Positions 25,551-40,965 are shown, numbered from the stretch's first letter. The stretch: 64,000 bases of DNA from Octopus vulgaris (GCA_951406725.2 OX597820.1:67952001-68016000), one strand, 5' to 3'. A program made the numbers and translations. The notes: a model not told the origin generated them from the letters alone.

Positions 25551-26672
25551 TGGTCCGGACCTCCAAATGGAGAAGGACTGGAACAAGATAACGAGTAGGG
25601 TGGTCTCTCTCGCCCGGCAATGGGCCGAGAGGAAACTGTCCCTAAAATGTCGGACGGAGGTGGCGAACATGTACATCGCGTCCGTCATCTACTACCGCCT
25701 GACCGTCGTGACTTGTCCCGACCCTACCATCACCAAACTAGAACGCATTCTCTTCCGCTTCTTGTGGAAAGGATGTATCCCGATGGTCAGGCGATCCATT
25801 TGCTGTCAACATCCGTTAAAAGGAGGACTGGGCATGCCGTGGTTGATGATGCGCAGACACGCGCTGAGATTGCGACATCCGGCTCTACGTAGACGACGGT
25901 GAACAGGTGTGGTCGCCATTTGTGAGGCACGCTTTCCCTCAACTCGTCTCCATGACCGAACTGCAGTCGCGGATCAAAAAGAGGCTGAGGAAGGACGAAT
26001 GGCACCGCGAGTGACGCGTTGCTCTCAAGCAACTATGCCGTCCCAGGTCGACCTTGAGCGACTTCAACACAACCAAAGCATTCTATAGGGGATTAGTGGA
26101 GGGGAGGTACGACGACGAGCTCGGGGCGAAACTGGGCGTCGATGAGGAATACCTGACCCACCTGTTCAGGACGACTTTCGGGCCAGGACCTATGGACAAC
26201 TTCCAGAGATCCCTGGCCTGGCAGTGCTACCGAGAAGCGCTACCCGTTCGGGATAAGCTCTACAGATACGACTCGAGAAACATGGGGCCGACCTGCCCGA
26301 GAAGCGGTCAGAGCGACGAAACCGTTCTGCACGCGCTCGTGCATTGTCCAACTATTTCCGACCAGTGGGCTTATGTCGAACGACAGCTGTCACGTGTGGG
26401 ACGAGTCGGTTTATCAGCCGAATCTATCGTTAATATTGTCACGCCTCCTTCCTTCAAACGGGAAAGAAGAGCTATTTTGATCATACTTGTGGCTATGGCG
26501 AAAGAATGTATCTGGTGGACGCGTCTGAAAGGATCAGAGACAAAAACTTTCCTCTCTGGTCAGTCTCTCATCAACTTCTTCAAGTATCACTTGGAAAGGA
26601 AAGTGAGAGAAGAGAAGCAAGTTTTATCTCGCGAATGTTTCATAAATTGGTGAGTGAATGTAGCAAGATGGG
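25551..26672 (+). mobile_element. L1/Tx1-clade LINE ORF2 C-terminal fragment (frameshifted), immediately after (CTAT)n
   Basis: ORFs 25567-25902 (WAERKLSLKCR...LFRFLWKG...KGGLGMP) and 26054-26653 (LAWQCYREALPVRDKL...CPRSGQSDETVLHALVHCP, a CCHC/zf-RVT-like motif). Confidence 0.85.
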
Positions 26673-26836
26673 TGATTATATGTGAGCATGTATACATACA
26701 TACATACATACACATACATACATTCATGCTCGCAAACACGCAGACACACACACACACACACACACACACAAGCTCATACAATTAAATGACTGTATGTCTA
26801 CAATTGTTTGTGTGAGTGGGCGTGTGTGTGTGTGTG

Positions 26837-27176
26837 TGAAGGCGCATGGCTCAGTGGCTAGAGCGTCTGGTTCACAATCATGAGGTAGTGAGCTCGATTC
26901 CTGGACCGGACTGCATGTTGTGTTCTTCAGCAAGACACTTTTTTTCACATTATTCCAGTTCACTGAGCTGTAGAAATGAGTTGTGACGTCACAGGTGCCA
27001 ACCTGTATCGGCGTTTGCCATTTCCTTGGACAAACAATGATGGCGCGAAGAGGGGAGGCTGGTATGCATGGACGACTGCTGGTTTTCCATAAACAACCTT
27101 GCCTGGACTTGTGACTGAGAAGGTAACTTTCTTGGTGCAAGCCCATTGTCATTCATGACCAAAGGTGGTCTTTAAC
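26837..27176 (+). mobile_element. tRNA-derived SINE family D
   Basis: tgaaggcgcatggctcagtggctagagcg...gctcgattcc; homolog at 28885-29209. Confidence 0.85.
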
Positions 27177-27269
27177 GTTTTACATACACGCACACACATA
27201 CATGCATACATATATGCATACATACATGCATTTATTCATACATCATACATACATACATACATACATACA

Positions 27270-27325
<56 letters not shown>

Positions 27326-27429
27326 ATATATTCATATACATATACACATATCTATATATGTAGCTAGCTAGTTATATATAATATCGGTTGTATTCTCCTT
27401 TTTTGAAAAAGCTCAGGAGTGCACAATTT

Positions 27430-28620
27430 TAGTGACATCTTAACGGAAATTTCACCTCATCTGTGTCATCAAACGATTGATACTGAGAACTAACCTTCAT
27501 TGTTCCTACAGCGCATATCGGATCTGTCACCAGATCCGAGATGCACGGTGAACGGGGGAGTATTGACCAGCTCAATTTGCCGATTGATTGCTTTGTTGCC
27601 AGATATTATTGACACGATGAATATGAATCGTTTTCAGATTCTTCTCCGGTCTTTTAATGTTAACGGCTTCTCTGAGACGTTTTAAAGTCTCAGTGCACCG
27701 TTTGCTGTTTACGATACAGCTTTATTCCAGAAAATGAAACAGGATGAAACCCTTGTCCACTAAAAAGATTCATTTCTGTAAAAATTATTTGATGATTTAT
27801 TTATTTGGCGTTGCTGATTTGATAACAAAGAATATTGGCATTGTGAATATGGACCATTTACAGACTCTTCTTTGGTATTTTCCTCCTAATGTTTCTTTAC
27901 GACACTCGAGTGTCTAAAAGTTCTGCTCGTTGGCTTGGTACCGTCACCCTTCTGAAAATCAAGAAGGCTGACTCTCCTGTAATCCCCCAAAACAACCACC
28001 ATAACTTCCTGTGCCCATTACTGGCTTTTAAACTCCTTACGTCTTGAAGAAAAAGTGTGATACTATTCGATGAACTAGTTTTTACATTACATATTTACGC
28101 CCACATTCCATTTTTTTTTGTCATTAGTTCAGGAATTACACGTCTTCATTGGCTTCAAACGCTTTCAACAGATCAAAGTAGACTTCCACACTTCTCGCTG
28201 TCAAATCAGGTGTCGATTGTCTAGGTACGCACTTTGAACAGTCTAAGTCTCAATGTCTTCCTCCTTTTTGCAATGCACTGTGACCAAAATCTAATTTTAC
28301 TGCAAGCGCATGGATTGTGACTCATCTGTCCATGCAAGTTAATTTGTCTACTCGCTTGGGACTTGTGGGAGTTGATAGTTTTCCGCGGCGTAGTGCGTCT
28401 GCAATGCTAATGTCTTCTTCTCTAAACTTCTTCGTCGATCTGCGTACATAACATATATCAATAAAGTCATCTGTATAAACAGCCTGTTGAATTTTGTGGA
28501 GGTCAGGCAGCCTGCATCCCTCATCTTCAAAGTCTACCGATAAGATGGAGAATCATCAACTAAACCAACTCTGCACCTCATTGGATTACGAAACTGTCAA
28601 ACAGACGTTTAAAACATTAA
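27430..28620 (-). pseudogene. Highly degenerate mariner-type transposase remnant
   Basis: Minus-strand fragments ISIADALRRGK, DR*VTIHALAVKL, KCVPRQSTPDL (WVPRxLT-like), KEFKSQ...VMVVVLGD, WSILPRSPCISDLV (HPPYSPDLAPSD-like). Confidence 0.6.
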
Positions 28621-28884
28621 AGCACCTGCGATATCTCTTAAATGGAGGTAAAAATTAATTTTTCGTCTCTTTGAAGGGGAGATAATTCGTTTGCGTATGG
28701 GGTTAATGCCAAACGGTTGCTGAAAAGTGTCTAAAATATTGTGTTCGCTCTTCCAGAGACTTTTCCTTATACTACACATAGTGTACTGTCATGCTATTTC
28801 CCATTCATTTCATATTGTTGTCTTTGTCGTCTTCTTGGATGTACTAAACAAAGTTTTAACGATTGATAATGTTGATTATTCAAC

Positions 28885-29209
28885 TTAAGACAGCGCTGAT
28901 CACAAATGATTATGCACCAAGAAAGTTACCCTCCGAGGCACAAATCCGGGCAAGGTTATTTATGGAAGACCAGCAGTCACCCATGCATGGCAGCCCCCTA
29001 CTCCACGCCACCGATGTTATCCAAGGGAAAGGCAAAGACCAATACAGTTTGACACCAGTGACGTCGCAACTCTTCTGCAGCTGGGTGAACTGGATCAATG
29101 TGAAATAAAGTGTTTTGCTCAATGGCACAACACGGTCCGGTCCGGGAATCGAACTCACTAGCTCATGATTGTGAGCCCGACGCTCTAATCCCTGAGCCAT
29201 GCGCCTTCA
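28885..29209 (-). mobile_element. SINE family D
   Basis: Reverse-complement homolog of 26837-27176. Confidence 0.85.
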
Positions 29210-29967
29210 TATTATATCTCAAGAACTAAATTATTCGAAGTGTCCTTCATTTTTTAAAGGTAGTTTTTATTAGAAAGAAAATTTAGCTGTTATCAATCAA
29301 CAACGGTTAGAACGAATGTCTATATGTGGACATTGCCCTTAATACCCTAGATAAAATCTCACTCCATGGCACAGACTTAACTGGGATGGCTTTAATTATT
29401 GTTTTGGCAACAACTTCATGATCAATACACGTTCACTTTGGTCATTCGTATTTGGAACAGGAACTCAATCGTACACACACACACACACACAGCATATATA
29501 TGAACTCAATACGTATATTTTTATAGCGAGATGTATACATACATATGTGTGTTTATGTATATATATATATATATATATATATACGTGTGTGAGTGTGTGT
29601 TTGTGTGTTTGTGTATGTGTGTGTGTGTGTGTGTGTTTGTGCGTGTCTATACATGCATATGTGTACGTTTGGTTGTATGCGTATGCATGTACAAATACAC
29701 ATACACTCATACACATGTATGTACATGCATTCAATATTGCTTTAAACATTCGCAGATGTCTGGTGATAGATTACATGAAACTTTCGGTGAGGGTTTCTGG
29801 AGTTCTTTCAGCGTCAATAAATTATTTTACTCCATCTTGGTTCTTCTATTTGCATTTACTTCTTCCACCGGATTTTGCAGCTTTGTACTCACATGTATAT
29901 ATGCGTGTGAGTGTGTGAGTGTGTGTGTGTGTATAGACACACAGGCGCACAGACTCACACACACGCA

Positions 29968-30025
<58 letters not shown>

Positions 30026-30054
30026 CACACACAGATACATATTTATAACTATAG

Positions 30055-30090
<36 letters not shown>

Positions 30091-30238
30091 GATACATATT
30101 TATAACTATAGTATATATATATATATATATGCATATACATATATATGCATATATATGTATATGTATGTATCGATGTGTAGGTGGGTGGTTGTGTGCATGA
30201 GTCTATAATTTGTTTACTTATCACCCGACCGCTGTCAG

Positions 30239-30383
<145 letters not shown>

Positions 30384-30600
30384 GCATAAACACACATACA
30401 CACACACACACATACATGCACGTTACATGTAAGTATGTATGTGTGTGTGTGTGTGTGCGCGTGCGTATGTATATATTTTATTTCCACGTATAAGTATATA
30501 TACATGTGTAAAGATATATAATATATATATATTTGCATACATATATATATATATATATACCTACATGTATGTATATATATTATATAGCGTTACACATGTG

Positions 30601-30685
<85 letters not shown>

Positions 30686-31028
30686 ACATTCAGAGAAAGA
30701 GAGAGAGAGAGATGGAGAGAGAGAGAGAAACAGATAGATACATAGACAGATTATAAATAGAGAGAAATGAAGATAAAAAGCGAGAGAAAGAGAACGAGAA
30801 AGGAATGTAGCATAGAACAGAGATGTCTATGATATAACGTCATCATAAGTAACAAGAAGAACTTAAAACTAAGTTGAATCTAAGAACTCACTGAAATGAA
30901 TAAAGAACGTTAAAAGCTTTCATGTTTCAGCTTTTCGTGGGAAAGCAAAGTTTTGAGTGTGTGCGTGTGTGTGAAGTTGTCTATTTCCGCAGATTTGTGT
31001 GCGCGCGCGAATGTGCATGTGTATGCTC

Positions 31029-31029
<1 letters not shown>

Positions 31030-31069
<40 letters not shown>

Positions 31070-31251
31070 CATGCATGCATTTATATACACACATATATAT
31101 ACATACGTATCCTTGTATATATATATATATATATATATACATACATGCATTTATATACACACGCATATATACATACGTATCCCTGTATATATATATATAT
31201 ATATATACATACATGCATTTATATACACACACACATATACATACGTATCCT

Positions 31252-31293
<42 letters not shown>

Positions 31294-31332
31294 CATGCAT
31301 TTATATACACACACATATATACATACGTATCC

Positions 31333-31367
<35 letters not shown>

Positions 31368-31409
31368 CATGCATTTATATACACACACACATATACATAC
31401 GTATCCTTG

Positions 31410-31441
<32 letters not shown>

Positions 31442-31482
31442 CATGCATTTATATACACACACACATATACATACGTATCCTT

Positions 31483-31513
<31 letters not shown>

Positions 31514-31554
31514 CATACATGCATTTATATACACACACATATATACATACGTAT

Positions 31555-31593
<39 letters not shown>

Positions 31594-31650
31594 TATATGC
31601 ATTTATATACACACACATATATACATACGTATCCTTGTATATATATATAT
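31030..31650. repeat. Minisatellite of ~8 units (~70-85 bp), each a fixed core plus variable (TA)n
   Basis: Core catacatgcatttatatacacacacatatatacatacgtatccttg recurs; explains the 338-aa ORF artefact. Confidence 0.9.
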
Positions 31651-32533
31651 AAATGTATGTATTATGTATATGTATATGATTATGTATGTATGTATACTCG
31701 TGCGTACATATTCATACACTCACATGTGTTGTCTGCCTCTGCTCTTGCGCATATGTGCACGAATATACGAATGTATGTGTATTTAATATGCATACATGTA
31801 CCTCGACTTATATATGTAAATATACAACTATATGTGTATGTGTGTCTGCGTGTGCATGTAAGTGTGTGTGTGTATACATGTTTAAATACATATTTGTATG
31901 AATATACATATACATGTGTATATATATACACACACTAACACACACACACACATATATGTATGCATGTATGTATATATATTTGTAGTCATTATATCGTGGA
32001 GCATATGTTACTTGTTGAATTTTAGGAGCAGATTCTGACACTGCTTTTAGATTGATATAGGCAAGTTATAAGATTAAAGTTCGCAAATCGTTTGATGTGG
32101 GAAAGGTTTAGCTTTTGTACTTTATTTTAACGATACATTAAACGGAATGTAATCATGAAAGTAATAAATGTTAACATTATATTGACCCCAACATCCCCTC
32201 TTCGATTTTTTTTTTCCTCGTTACCACACCCCGAATGTCCTCCGGTGCCAACTGCAGACGATTGAGATCCCGAATAACTCAAGTATTGGATTTGATCAAG
32301 AAACTAATATAGATTTTTTTTCTCTCTCTTAAAACACGATTTTTCTTCACTTCCTTTCTTGTAACATTTCTCTTTTCTTTTTCATTATTTTTATTAATTC
32401 TCTTTACGTCTTTCTCGTTCTCTCATTCGTTCTTTCGTTTGTTCTTTCCTTCCTGCTTTCCTTCCTTCCTGCCTTCCTTCCAACTTTTCTTTGTTAATTT
32501 CATTTATGCTGGATTTTCTTTCTCTCTCTTGCT

Positions 32534-32940
<407 letters not shown>

Positions 32941-34687
32941 GTTTTATATGAAGTTATTCTTCAAGATATTGCTGGTTGCCGTGGTGGTTGTCGTTTGATC
33001 CCAAGTCCTCTCTTATCGAGTAGATCTATGTTCACAGGCTTTCATGCCGTGAACATCTATGATTTTAATATAATTTAAGTTAATCATAACAAATGAAGAC
33101 CTTATGTTGCTTGGTACTTGATATACCTTCATTATTCTATGTTTATCAAATACATTCCACTGGCTACTCTTAGCGATTTCGCTAAGCTTATTTCTGTTTA
33201 AATTATGCAAATTACCTTGATCATAAATGCATTCTACTCTTCTTTGCAAATGTCTAAGTCTGTTGGCTATTGGAGATAGGGTTGATGGCTATTGAACCAG
33301 AAACACGTGGCCACGACTGTCCCCGTAAGTCCAATCAGTCAACCTAGCCTGTCTATTCTGCAAAATTTTTGAGTCCCGATTATCTATCATTTTCATGTGA
33401 ATCGGGACTTAGTCACGTGTTCATCATCATACATCATATAGAAAGCGAGATAAGTTTAATAAATCAAAAGTTTTTCTTGTATGATATTTGGTATATCTGT
33501 ATTTATCACTATGTATGATGTATGCGAGAGTATTATTTTATTGTAGCTGAGACTCAGTGACTCAAGAGTTAATATTTTGGTGCAAGACACTCTTATCAAT
33601 CCGCAGACTGAAAAGTGCGTTCCTTCATTCGAGTCACGCATTATTTCTAACTTGGCACAACTTCGAAGATTCAGAGGATGAGGATTAGTTCATTTAACCC
33701 CCTCCAATATTTGTTTTGGTACTTTATTTACCGGTTCTGTGTTACATAACAGACATGGTTGGCATAAATGGGATTTGAACTCAATTCTGTGTGATGGTTT
33801 CTCAAAAACTTGAAAATTTACAGATTTATTGGGGTAAAAGTGATTTCAGTAGACTCGACATTAAATTGTGAGTGAATTTATTGCATCTATTTCAGACCAA
33901 GTTTGACTGCAAAATTAACAAGAATAATAGGAGTTTCTGATTTAGGTAAGAGACCAGCAACATGTTTTTTGTGGGGGAAGCGCGGTCGGGGAATAGTCAA
34001 TGTCATCGATGCCACCACTTGATTGGTATCTTATTGACCCCCAGAAAAAAGAAAGGTGCTTAGTTTGAAAAAAGTCAAAGGTTGCCCTACTTAAAGGTGT
34101 TTTTGACCCAATAAATTAGCTATATGTTATTATTTATAGCCTTTATCTAAGGCGGCGAGCTGGCAGTATCATTAGCATGCCAGACAAAAAAGCTTAACGA
34201 TATTTCATCTGTCTTTTCGGTGAGTTCAAATACTGCCGAGGTTGACCGATGAAGCAAGTACCAGTGAAGTCAATGTAATCGACCCCCCCCCCCAAAAAAA
34301 ATTTTCAGGTCTTATGTCTATAGCAGAAAGGATTAATTATAGCTTTATCTACTTTGAGTTCTTTGGTTAAAACGACTTATTTCAGCTCTCTCGAGGATTC
34401 TAAAATGAGAATTCTTAAAATGTAAACAACATGCAATTCTAACTGAGGAGAACAAACCGTCTTGGATAAACAAGATCCAAAAGGCTGCATATCTGTCATG
34501 CTCACAGAAGGTGTGTGTTCGAGTCTCACGGGCTGCTTTTTTTTTATATATATATATAAATGTATTTTTCGCACAATATTTACATACTATCATTTATAGC
34601 TTTATGTGTACTTCGAGAGTAATATTTTTTAAAAACGAATTTATGAAATCATGTTCTCTCCAAAGTTTATAAATTTCTATGAGGTCT

Positions 34688-34728
<41 letters not shown>

Positions 34729-35941
34729 TTATTCCACGTCTTCGCATTGTTGTTTTTCCTTGCTTGTTCATGTTGGGATTGACTATATATATTTGTATGT
34801 ATGTATGTATATATACACACACATATGACGGGCAGCTTCCGTTTTCCAATTTCACTCACAGGACTTTGGTTGGCTCGATATTAGATTAAAAAACACTTGC
34901 TCAAGGAGCCACGCAGTGGAACCGAGCCCGAAACAGCGTCGTTGCACAGCGAGCTTCTTAAATACATAACCATACCTGCACCAATAAAATTGACATCAGT
35001 GTAATTTGAACTTAGAGCAGAGAGAATCGGAATAAATACTACGAAGAATTGTATCCGATGCACTAACGACCCTGCATATTCGTTGCACTATTTTGTTGCC
35101 ATGGAGAATTAAAACCGAGTCCCAAAATCTGGTTTTTGGGATCTTATCACATATCTAGAGATCTCTCTACAAGTTCTTATAAAATCTATTGTCTTCTGAG
35201 TGAATAAATACAAGATACAATATCTTAGTGGTTATTGGGAGTAAAGTTACTCCTATTCTCAAGAGTGACAATGAAATGAACTAGGTCTAAAGAAAGCTAG
35301 AAGCAACGCAGTGAATTTGGAGCTCAGATCTTAATCTTTTATTCTACAGTTTTCTGCATTTATCCTTTAAAAAAAATTTGCATATAATATAGTGTATATT
35401 TTATTAACAATAAAATATGTTAAAATAATCTTGTGATAAATGTTAAAAAAAATATCCTAGGATGATATAAAAAGGAAAACTGTCGCGATCGATCATTTTT
35501 GAAGCTGTTGTCTGCTTATGTACCCTCCAACTCTATATTAACAATGCATATTTTTACATTCTATTTTTGAAACAATAGTTATACGTAAATTTCTCGATAA
35601 TTTATTTCAGCCGTATTTCTTCTTTGTTGTGTTATATTCTTCTTGGTTTCTGCATAATTTGCAGGTAGAAGAAAGTGTCATAACAAATGCTGATCTTTTG
35701 CTTTTGCATGATAAAAAAAAAGAACTAAGGAAAAGAAACAACAAATGATTCAGTCTATTGTCTCCTTAATTAGTAATTAAATCAAATAAAAATGAAAGAA
35801 ATTCGTAACATTTTGTGGGGTTTTTGTTTCTTAAACATTATTTAGAAAGGCAATATTTTTCTGTCATATTTTTATATATGTTGTAATATGTTGCAATGTA
35901 TGCATGTACGTGTGAGTGTGTATGTATATAGGTGTATGTAT

Positions 35942-35986
<45 letters not shown>

Positions 35987-36067
35987 TAAAATGTATGTAT
36001 GTACATTTATATTTTTATACATGCATATATATATATATATATATATATACATGCATAGACATATATA

Positions 36068-36120
<53 letters not shown>

Positions 36121-36191
36121 GTATACATATATAAGCACATATATATATTATATATATATATATACACATATATATATATAGATATACATAC

Positions 36192-36224
<33 letters not shown>

Positions 36225-36844
36225 AATATATATATGTATGTATGCATATGCATATACATACACACACACACACACACACACATACTTTTGTTGGTCTTTT
36301 CAAACTTCGATGATAAAAATGAACAACGATTGAAGTATTTTCTTATTACATTTCCATTATTTTTTTTGTCTTTTATATTCCAATGTAAATTTCTATCATG
36401 CATGGTAGCAAGTAATGTTGTTAGGAATCCTGAACTGGTTTAACTCTATTTGAGGTATATTATGGAAAGTTATCATTGTAAAAATCAATTTTACTTTTAC
36501 TTTCACTTCTCAATGCGACGTTGTATTAACTTTTCTTTTCTTTACCTTCATCTTTAAACTGCATATCATTGCATGATTGGCTCATTCTATTGTCTGCAGG
36601 CTGATGTCAAATGTTTGGAATTATAGTATTGATTTAGTAATGAAATTATAGAATAAGCTATACCAATGAGTATTCTATTATTCTAACGTAGTTACAGTGT
36701 GTGGGTAATGCAAAGCAAAATACACATATACACTTATTCTTTTATGTATGTTATCTGTATGTTCAGTGTATGTTATCTTTATGTACAGTGTATGTTATAA
36801 GTATTTGATAATCTTTATATGAAATATGCTATGTATATGTCTAT

Positions 36845-36892
<48 letters not shown>

Positions 36893-37174
36893 CGATAAAT
36901 AGGTAGATGCATATATATGTGTGCGTGTGTGTTTTCTTCTAATGTAACACGTCAATACGTCGTATAGTATAGCTTTGATCTTTTATAGTTCTTCAGACAC
37001 TTTAAAAAGTCTTATGGACGGAGGTGTATATTCAGAATAAAGGCAAAATGTGTTGGCTGATACATTAGAATATCATACTGGACAACTGGATGACATTTAG
37101 TATAGAAGCATCACATCTGTGTGCGGAATACCTATATGTGTATGTACATATATATATAGATACATATACATATA

Positions 37175-37273
<99 letters not shown>

Positions 37274-37408
37274 TGGGAAAGTTTACGAAAATAAACAAAA
37301 GACGAAGGCAGGTGGTATACAAACAGATGTATTAGTATAGCGCTCAGGAATAGAAAAAGTATTTTACGTTTCGAGCCTACGCTCTTCTACAGAAAGGTAC
37401 ACAGAAAA
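37274..37408 (-). mobile_element. Penelope-like terminal-repeat fragment with hammerhead-like motif (~37362-37396)
   Basis: Reverse-complement homolog of 8500-8650, embedded in TA/TATG repeats. Confidence 0.55.
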
Positions 37409-37685
37409 TCCGTATGTATGTATGTATATCTGTGTGTGTATGTGAGGGGGGGGGGGTGTTTGTGTGTATATGGGTTTATACATACATAACTTTATATAAA
37501 TACATATTAATGCATATGTAGATGGATATAGTGTTGAATGTATAATCGCTGTAAAATTCGTCATGGAAACAAAAGTTTCGGGTTCAGTAGTACGTCCCAG
37601 AGTTCACGCCTATATCCACAGCAGTAAGACACGTGGTATCATACCACACGATGTGTAGCGTGCAGAATACAATCCACGTATACAA

Positions 37686-37915
37686 GGCAGCGAGCTGGCA
37701 GAAACGTTAGCACGCCGGGCGAAATGCTTAGCGGTATTTCGTCTGCCTTTACATTCTGAGTTCAAATTCCGCCGAGGTCGACTTTGCCTTTCATCCTTTC
37801 GAGGTTGATGAATTAAGTACCAGTTACGCACTGGGGTCGATGTAATCTACTTAACCACTTTGTCTGTCCTTGTTTGTGCCCTCTATGCTTAGCCCTTTGT
37901 GGGCAATAAAGAAAC
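37686..37915 (+). mobile_element. tRNA-derived SINE family B
   Basis: ggcagcgagctggcagaaacgttagcacgccgg...gagttcaaattcc (B-box)...gcctttcatcctttcg...aataaagaaa; about 10 copies in the window. Confidence 0.85.
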
Positions 37916-38470
37916 AAGAATACAAACCACGTAACAGTAGGAATATAATTCAGAAAACATATTTGGTATTTTATACTTATTTCAACGAACCAACCCAACA
38001 CCTTCGCTGCTATCAAAATCAAAAACTTAAATGCAATCATGTTATGATAGTATTCATTATTCAGTATGCAGATGCTGGCATCTAAACTTCATTTCACAAA
38101 GTTTCTACATAAACCTCATCATCATCATCATCATCATCAATTCTTGGACACCACTGCCTTGAGTCATAACCCACATAGAACTAATTGCCCGGTTTTTATG
38201 GTGAATAAGTGAGAGAAGTTACTACACTTTCCATCAAAGGGACGCCAGTCTTATGCAGGATTACTCGTTAGCAACTGAGGGAACTGGAGAATTATGTCTT
38301 GCTCTAAAACGCAATGTACCGCTTGGTCATGTGATCGCTAACGCCACACCCTAACCACTACGTCGCGCAACTTCACTGCCACAATAACAACACTCATCAT
38401 ATATTAAGGGCTTTTAGTGTGACCAGGGACAATGTTCCTGTGTGTCGAGTGTCAGAGTGTTACGACTGTA

Positions 38471-38863
38471 GGGCGGCGGGCTGGCAGAAACGTTAGCGCG
38501 CCGGGCGAAATACTTAGCGGTATTTCGTCTGCCGCTACGTTCTGAGTTCAAATTCCGCCGAGGTCGACCTTGCCTTTCATCCTTTCGGGGTCGATAAATT
38601 AAGTACCAGTCACGCACTGGGTCGATGTAATCGACTTAATACCTATGTCTGTCCTTGTTTGTTCCCTCTGTGTTTAGCCCCTTGTGGGTAATAAAGAAAT
38701 AGGTATTTCGTCTGCCGCTACGTTCTGAGTTCAAATTCCGCCGAGGTCGACCTTGCCTTTCATCCTTTCGGGGTCGATAAATTAAGTACCAGTCACGCAC
38801 TGGGGTCGATGTAATCGACTTAATCCGTTTGTGTGTCCTTGTTTGTCCCCTCTAGAGTAGAAA
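38471..38863 (+). mobile_element. SINE family B with partial tandem duplication and 17-bp TSD
   Basis: Full unit 38472-38701 plus repeat of its body 38702-38853; TSD agagtgttacga(c/t)tgta at 38454-70 and 38864-80. Confidence 0.85.
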
Positions 38864-39124
38864 AGAGTGTTACGATTGTAAATAAATGTCTGGATGTTTG
38901 TGATATTTACTCTGATCACATACGCAGTAAAACTACGTTAGATTGGCGAACGTGATAACGCGACGGAAAAAATGTTATACGATGTTTTGTCAACTCGAAT
39001 TTCATTCGATTGTTTTTCGAATCCTGTCACTATCTGCTTAACATTTTATCTTCTCTGACTTTTTGTTCTTTCGCGACTTGAGTGGCCTCGCTCCTACGTT
39101 AGAAATGAATATATTTACTTTTGG

Positions 39125-39350
39125 TTTTACTTGTGTCAGACGCTAAACAGCGGCCATGCTGGAACACTGCCTTGAAGGGGCTTAGTTAAGCAAATCGACC
39201 CTAGTACTTGTATTTTAAGTAATATAACTTGTTCTATTGGTCTTTTTTGCCAAACCGCTAGGTTACGGGGATGTTAAGAAACCAAAACAATATTATCAAA
39301 CAGTAGGGTGGGTGGCAAGCACATGCAGAAAGATACACACATACATATAA
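39125..39350 (-). mobile_element. SINE family A 3' half
   Basis: gcggccatgctggaacactgcc...ccgctaggttacgggg homology. Confidence 0.7.
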
Positions 39351-39834
39351 ATGTATGCGCGCGCGTGTGTATGTGTGTGTGTTTGATCATAGATCGACGC
39401 AGTCTGGACTGACCTAGAGATAAATAAGAAGAGGAAGAACAACGACGCTAACTTCACGTCCTGGGTATGACTATAAGCTACATCCGGTAGTGGGATCCTG
39501 GGACCCTGGTTTCAGGGTTTGAGAAATGTGGGACCACCTCTTAGCCACTATTGTTCCCAGGTCTGCTCTGGCCTGGAGTGGTAGCACCTGTAAGGGTCCC
39601 ATCTATGGGTTAACATGCACCTCCTCTACGACTGGGGTGGGGTCGGTAGAATGCAGTCGCCATATTCCCTGCGTGGCGTAATCCACTTCTCTTAGTAATT
39701 TCATATTCCTAAAAAGACAAGAAAAATATATACCCACACATACATACATACACACACACACATACATACATACATACACACATACATACATACATACATA
39801 CATACACACATACATACATACATACATATATACA

Positions 39835-39981
<147 letters not shown>

Positions 39982-40482
39982 GTGTGTGTGTTCCACTGTA
40001 GGAAAAAGGCCTAAAGTTTTAGAAGTCCCGAAAAGATGAAAGGGAATGTCCACCACGGCGGAATATGAGCTAAAAATGTTAAGCCCCCACTCCAAAAAAA
40101 ACTAAAAATACCCCGCTAAGCATTTTGAGCGACATGCTAACGATTCCACCAGCTCAACGCTTTACTGAACACATGTAATACTGCTTAGAAAGGCATTATT
40201 GTTTCAGCATTACATTTTTATTTGTTTTTCTAAATCTGAAATTTTATGTTGAATTTATCAATTAAAATTTATTACAGTCATCATCATTCGTTTAATTCAG
40301 TGGATCCCTACCATCCTTTACCCTATGAACCCTTTAGATTAGTATTTGGCTCTGGCGGACCTCCATAATGTTTTGAAGTTTGAAAACTTGTTTTCCCCGC
40401 ATTCATTTGTGTGAGTTTGCGATTACCCTTTCTGAGAGAACATGTTTCAGTGACCAGAAATACGCTGACGTATATAAAACAT

Positions 40483-40895
40483 TACTCTTACTCTTTACTC
40501 TTTTACTTGTTTCAGTTATTTGACTGCGGCCATGCTGGAGCACCGCATTTATTCGAGCAAATCGACCCCATGTCTTATTCTTTGTAAGCCTAGTACTTAT
40601 TCTATCTGTCTCTCTTGCTGAACAGCTAAGTTACAGAGATGTAAATACCAGCATCGGTTGCCAAGCGATGTTGGGGGGGGGGACAAACATACACACAAAC
40701 ATATACACACACATACATATATATATACATATACACAAAGGGGCTTCTTTCAGTTTCCGTCTACCAAATCCGCTCACAAAGCTTTGGTCGATCCGAGGCT
40801 ATAGTAGAAGACACCTGCTCAAGGTGCCACGCAGTGGGACTGAACCCGGAACCATGTGGTTGGTAAGCAAGCTGCTTACCACACAGCCACTCCTG
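40483..40895 (-). mobile_element. SINE family A (full length)
   Basis: Reverse-complement homolog of 19786-20170. Confidence 0.85.
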
Positions 40896-40965
40896 AGAAA
40901 GAAACCTTGTTGTTTCTTGCAATAAATACAACTAAAACTTTTTTTCACGAACTCTTACGATACTA

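Noticed and set aside
31030-31650. CRISPR-like repeat-spacer appearance
   Set aside because: Spacers are only (TA)n, the context is eukaryotic, and there are no cas genes.
30922-31938. Long ORFs (338 aa here; also 11239-12150, 43462-44340 and others)
   Set aside because: Translations of (TA)n/(TATG)n/(CTAT)n repeats (YIYI, MYVC, YLSI); not genes.
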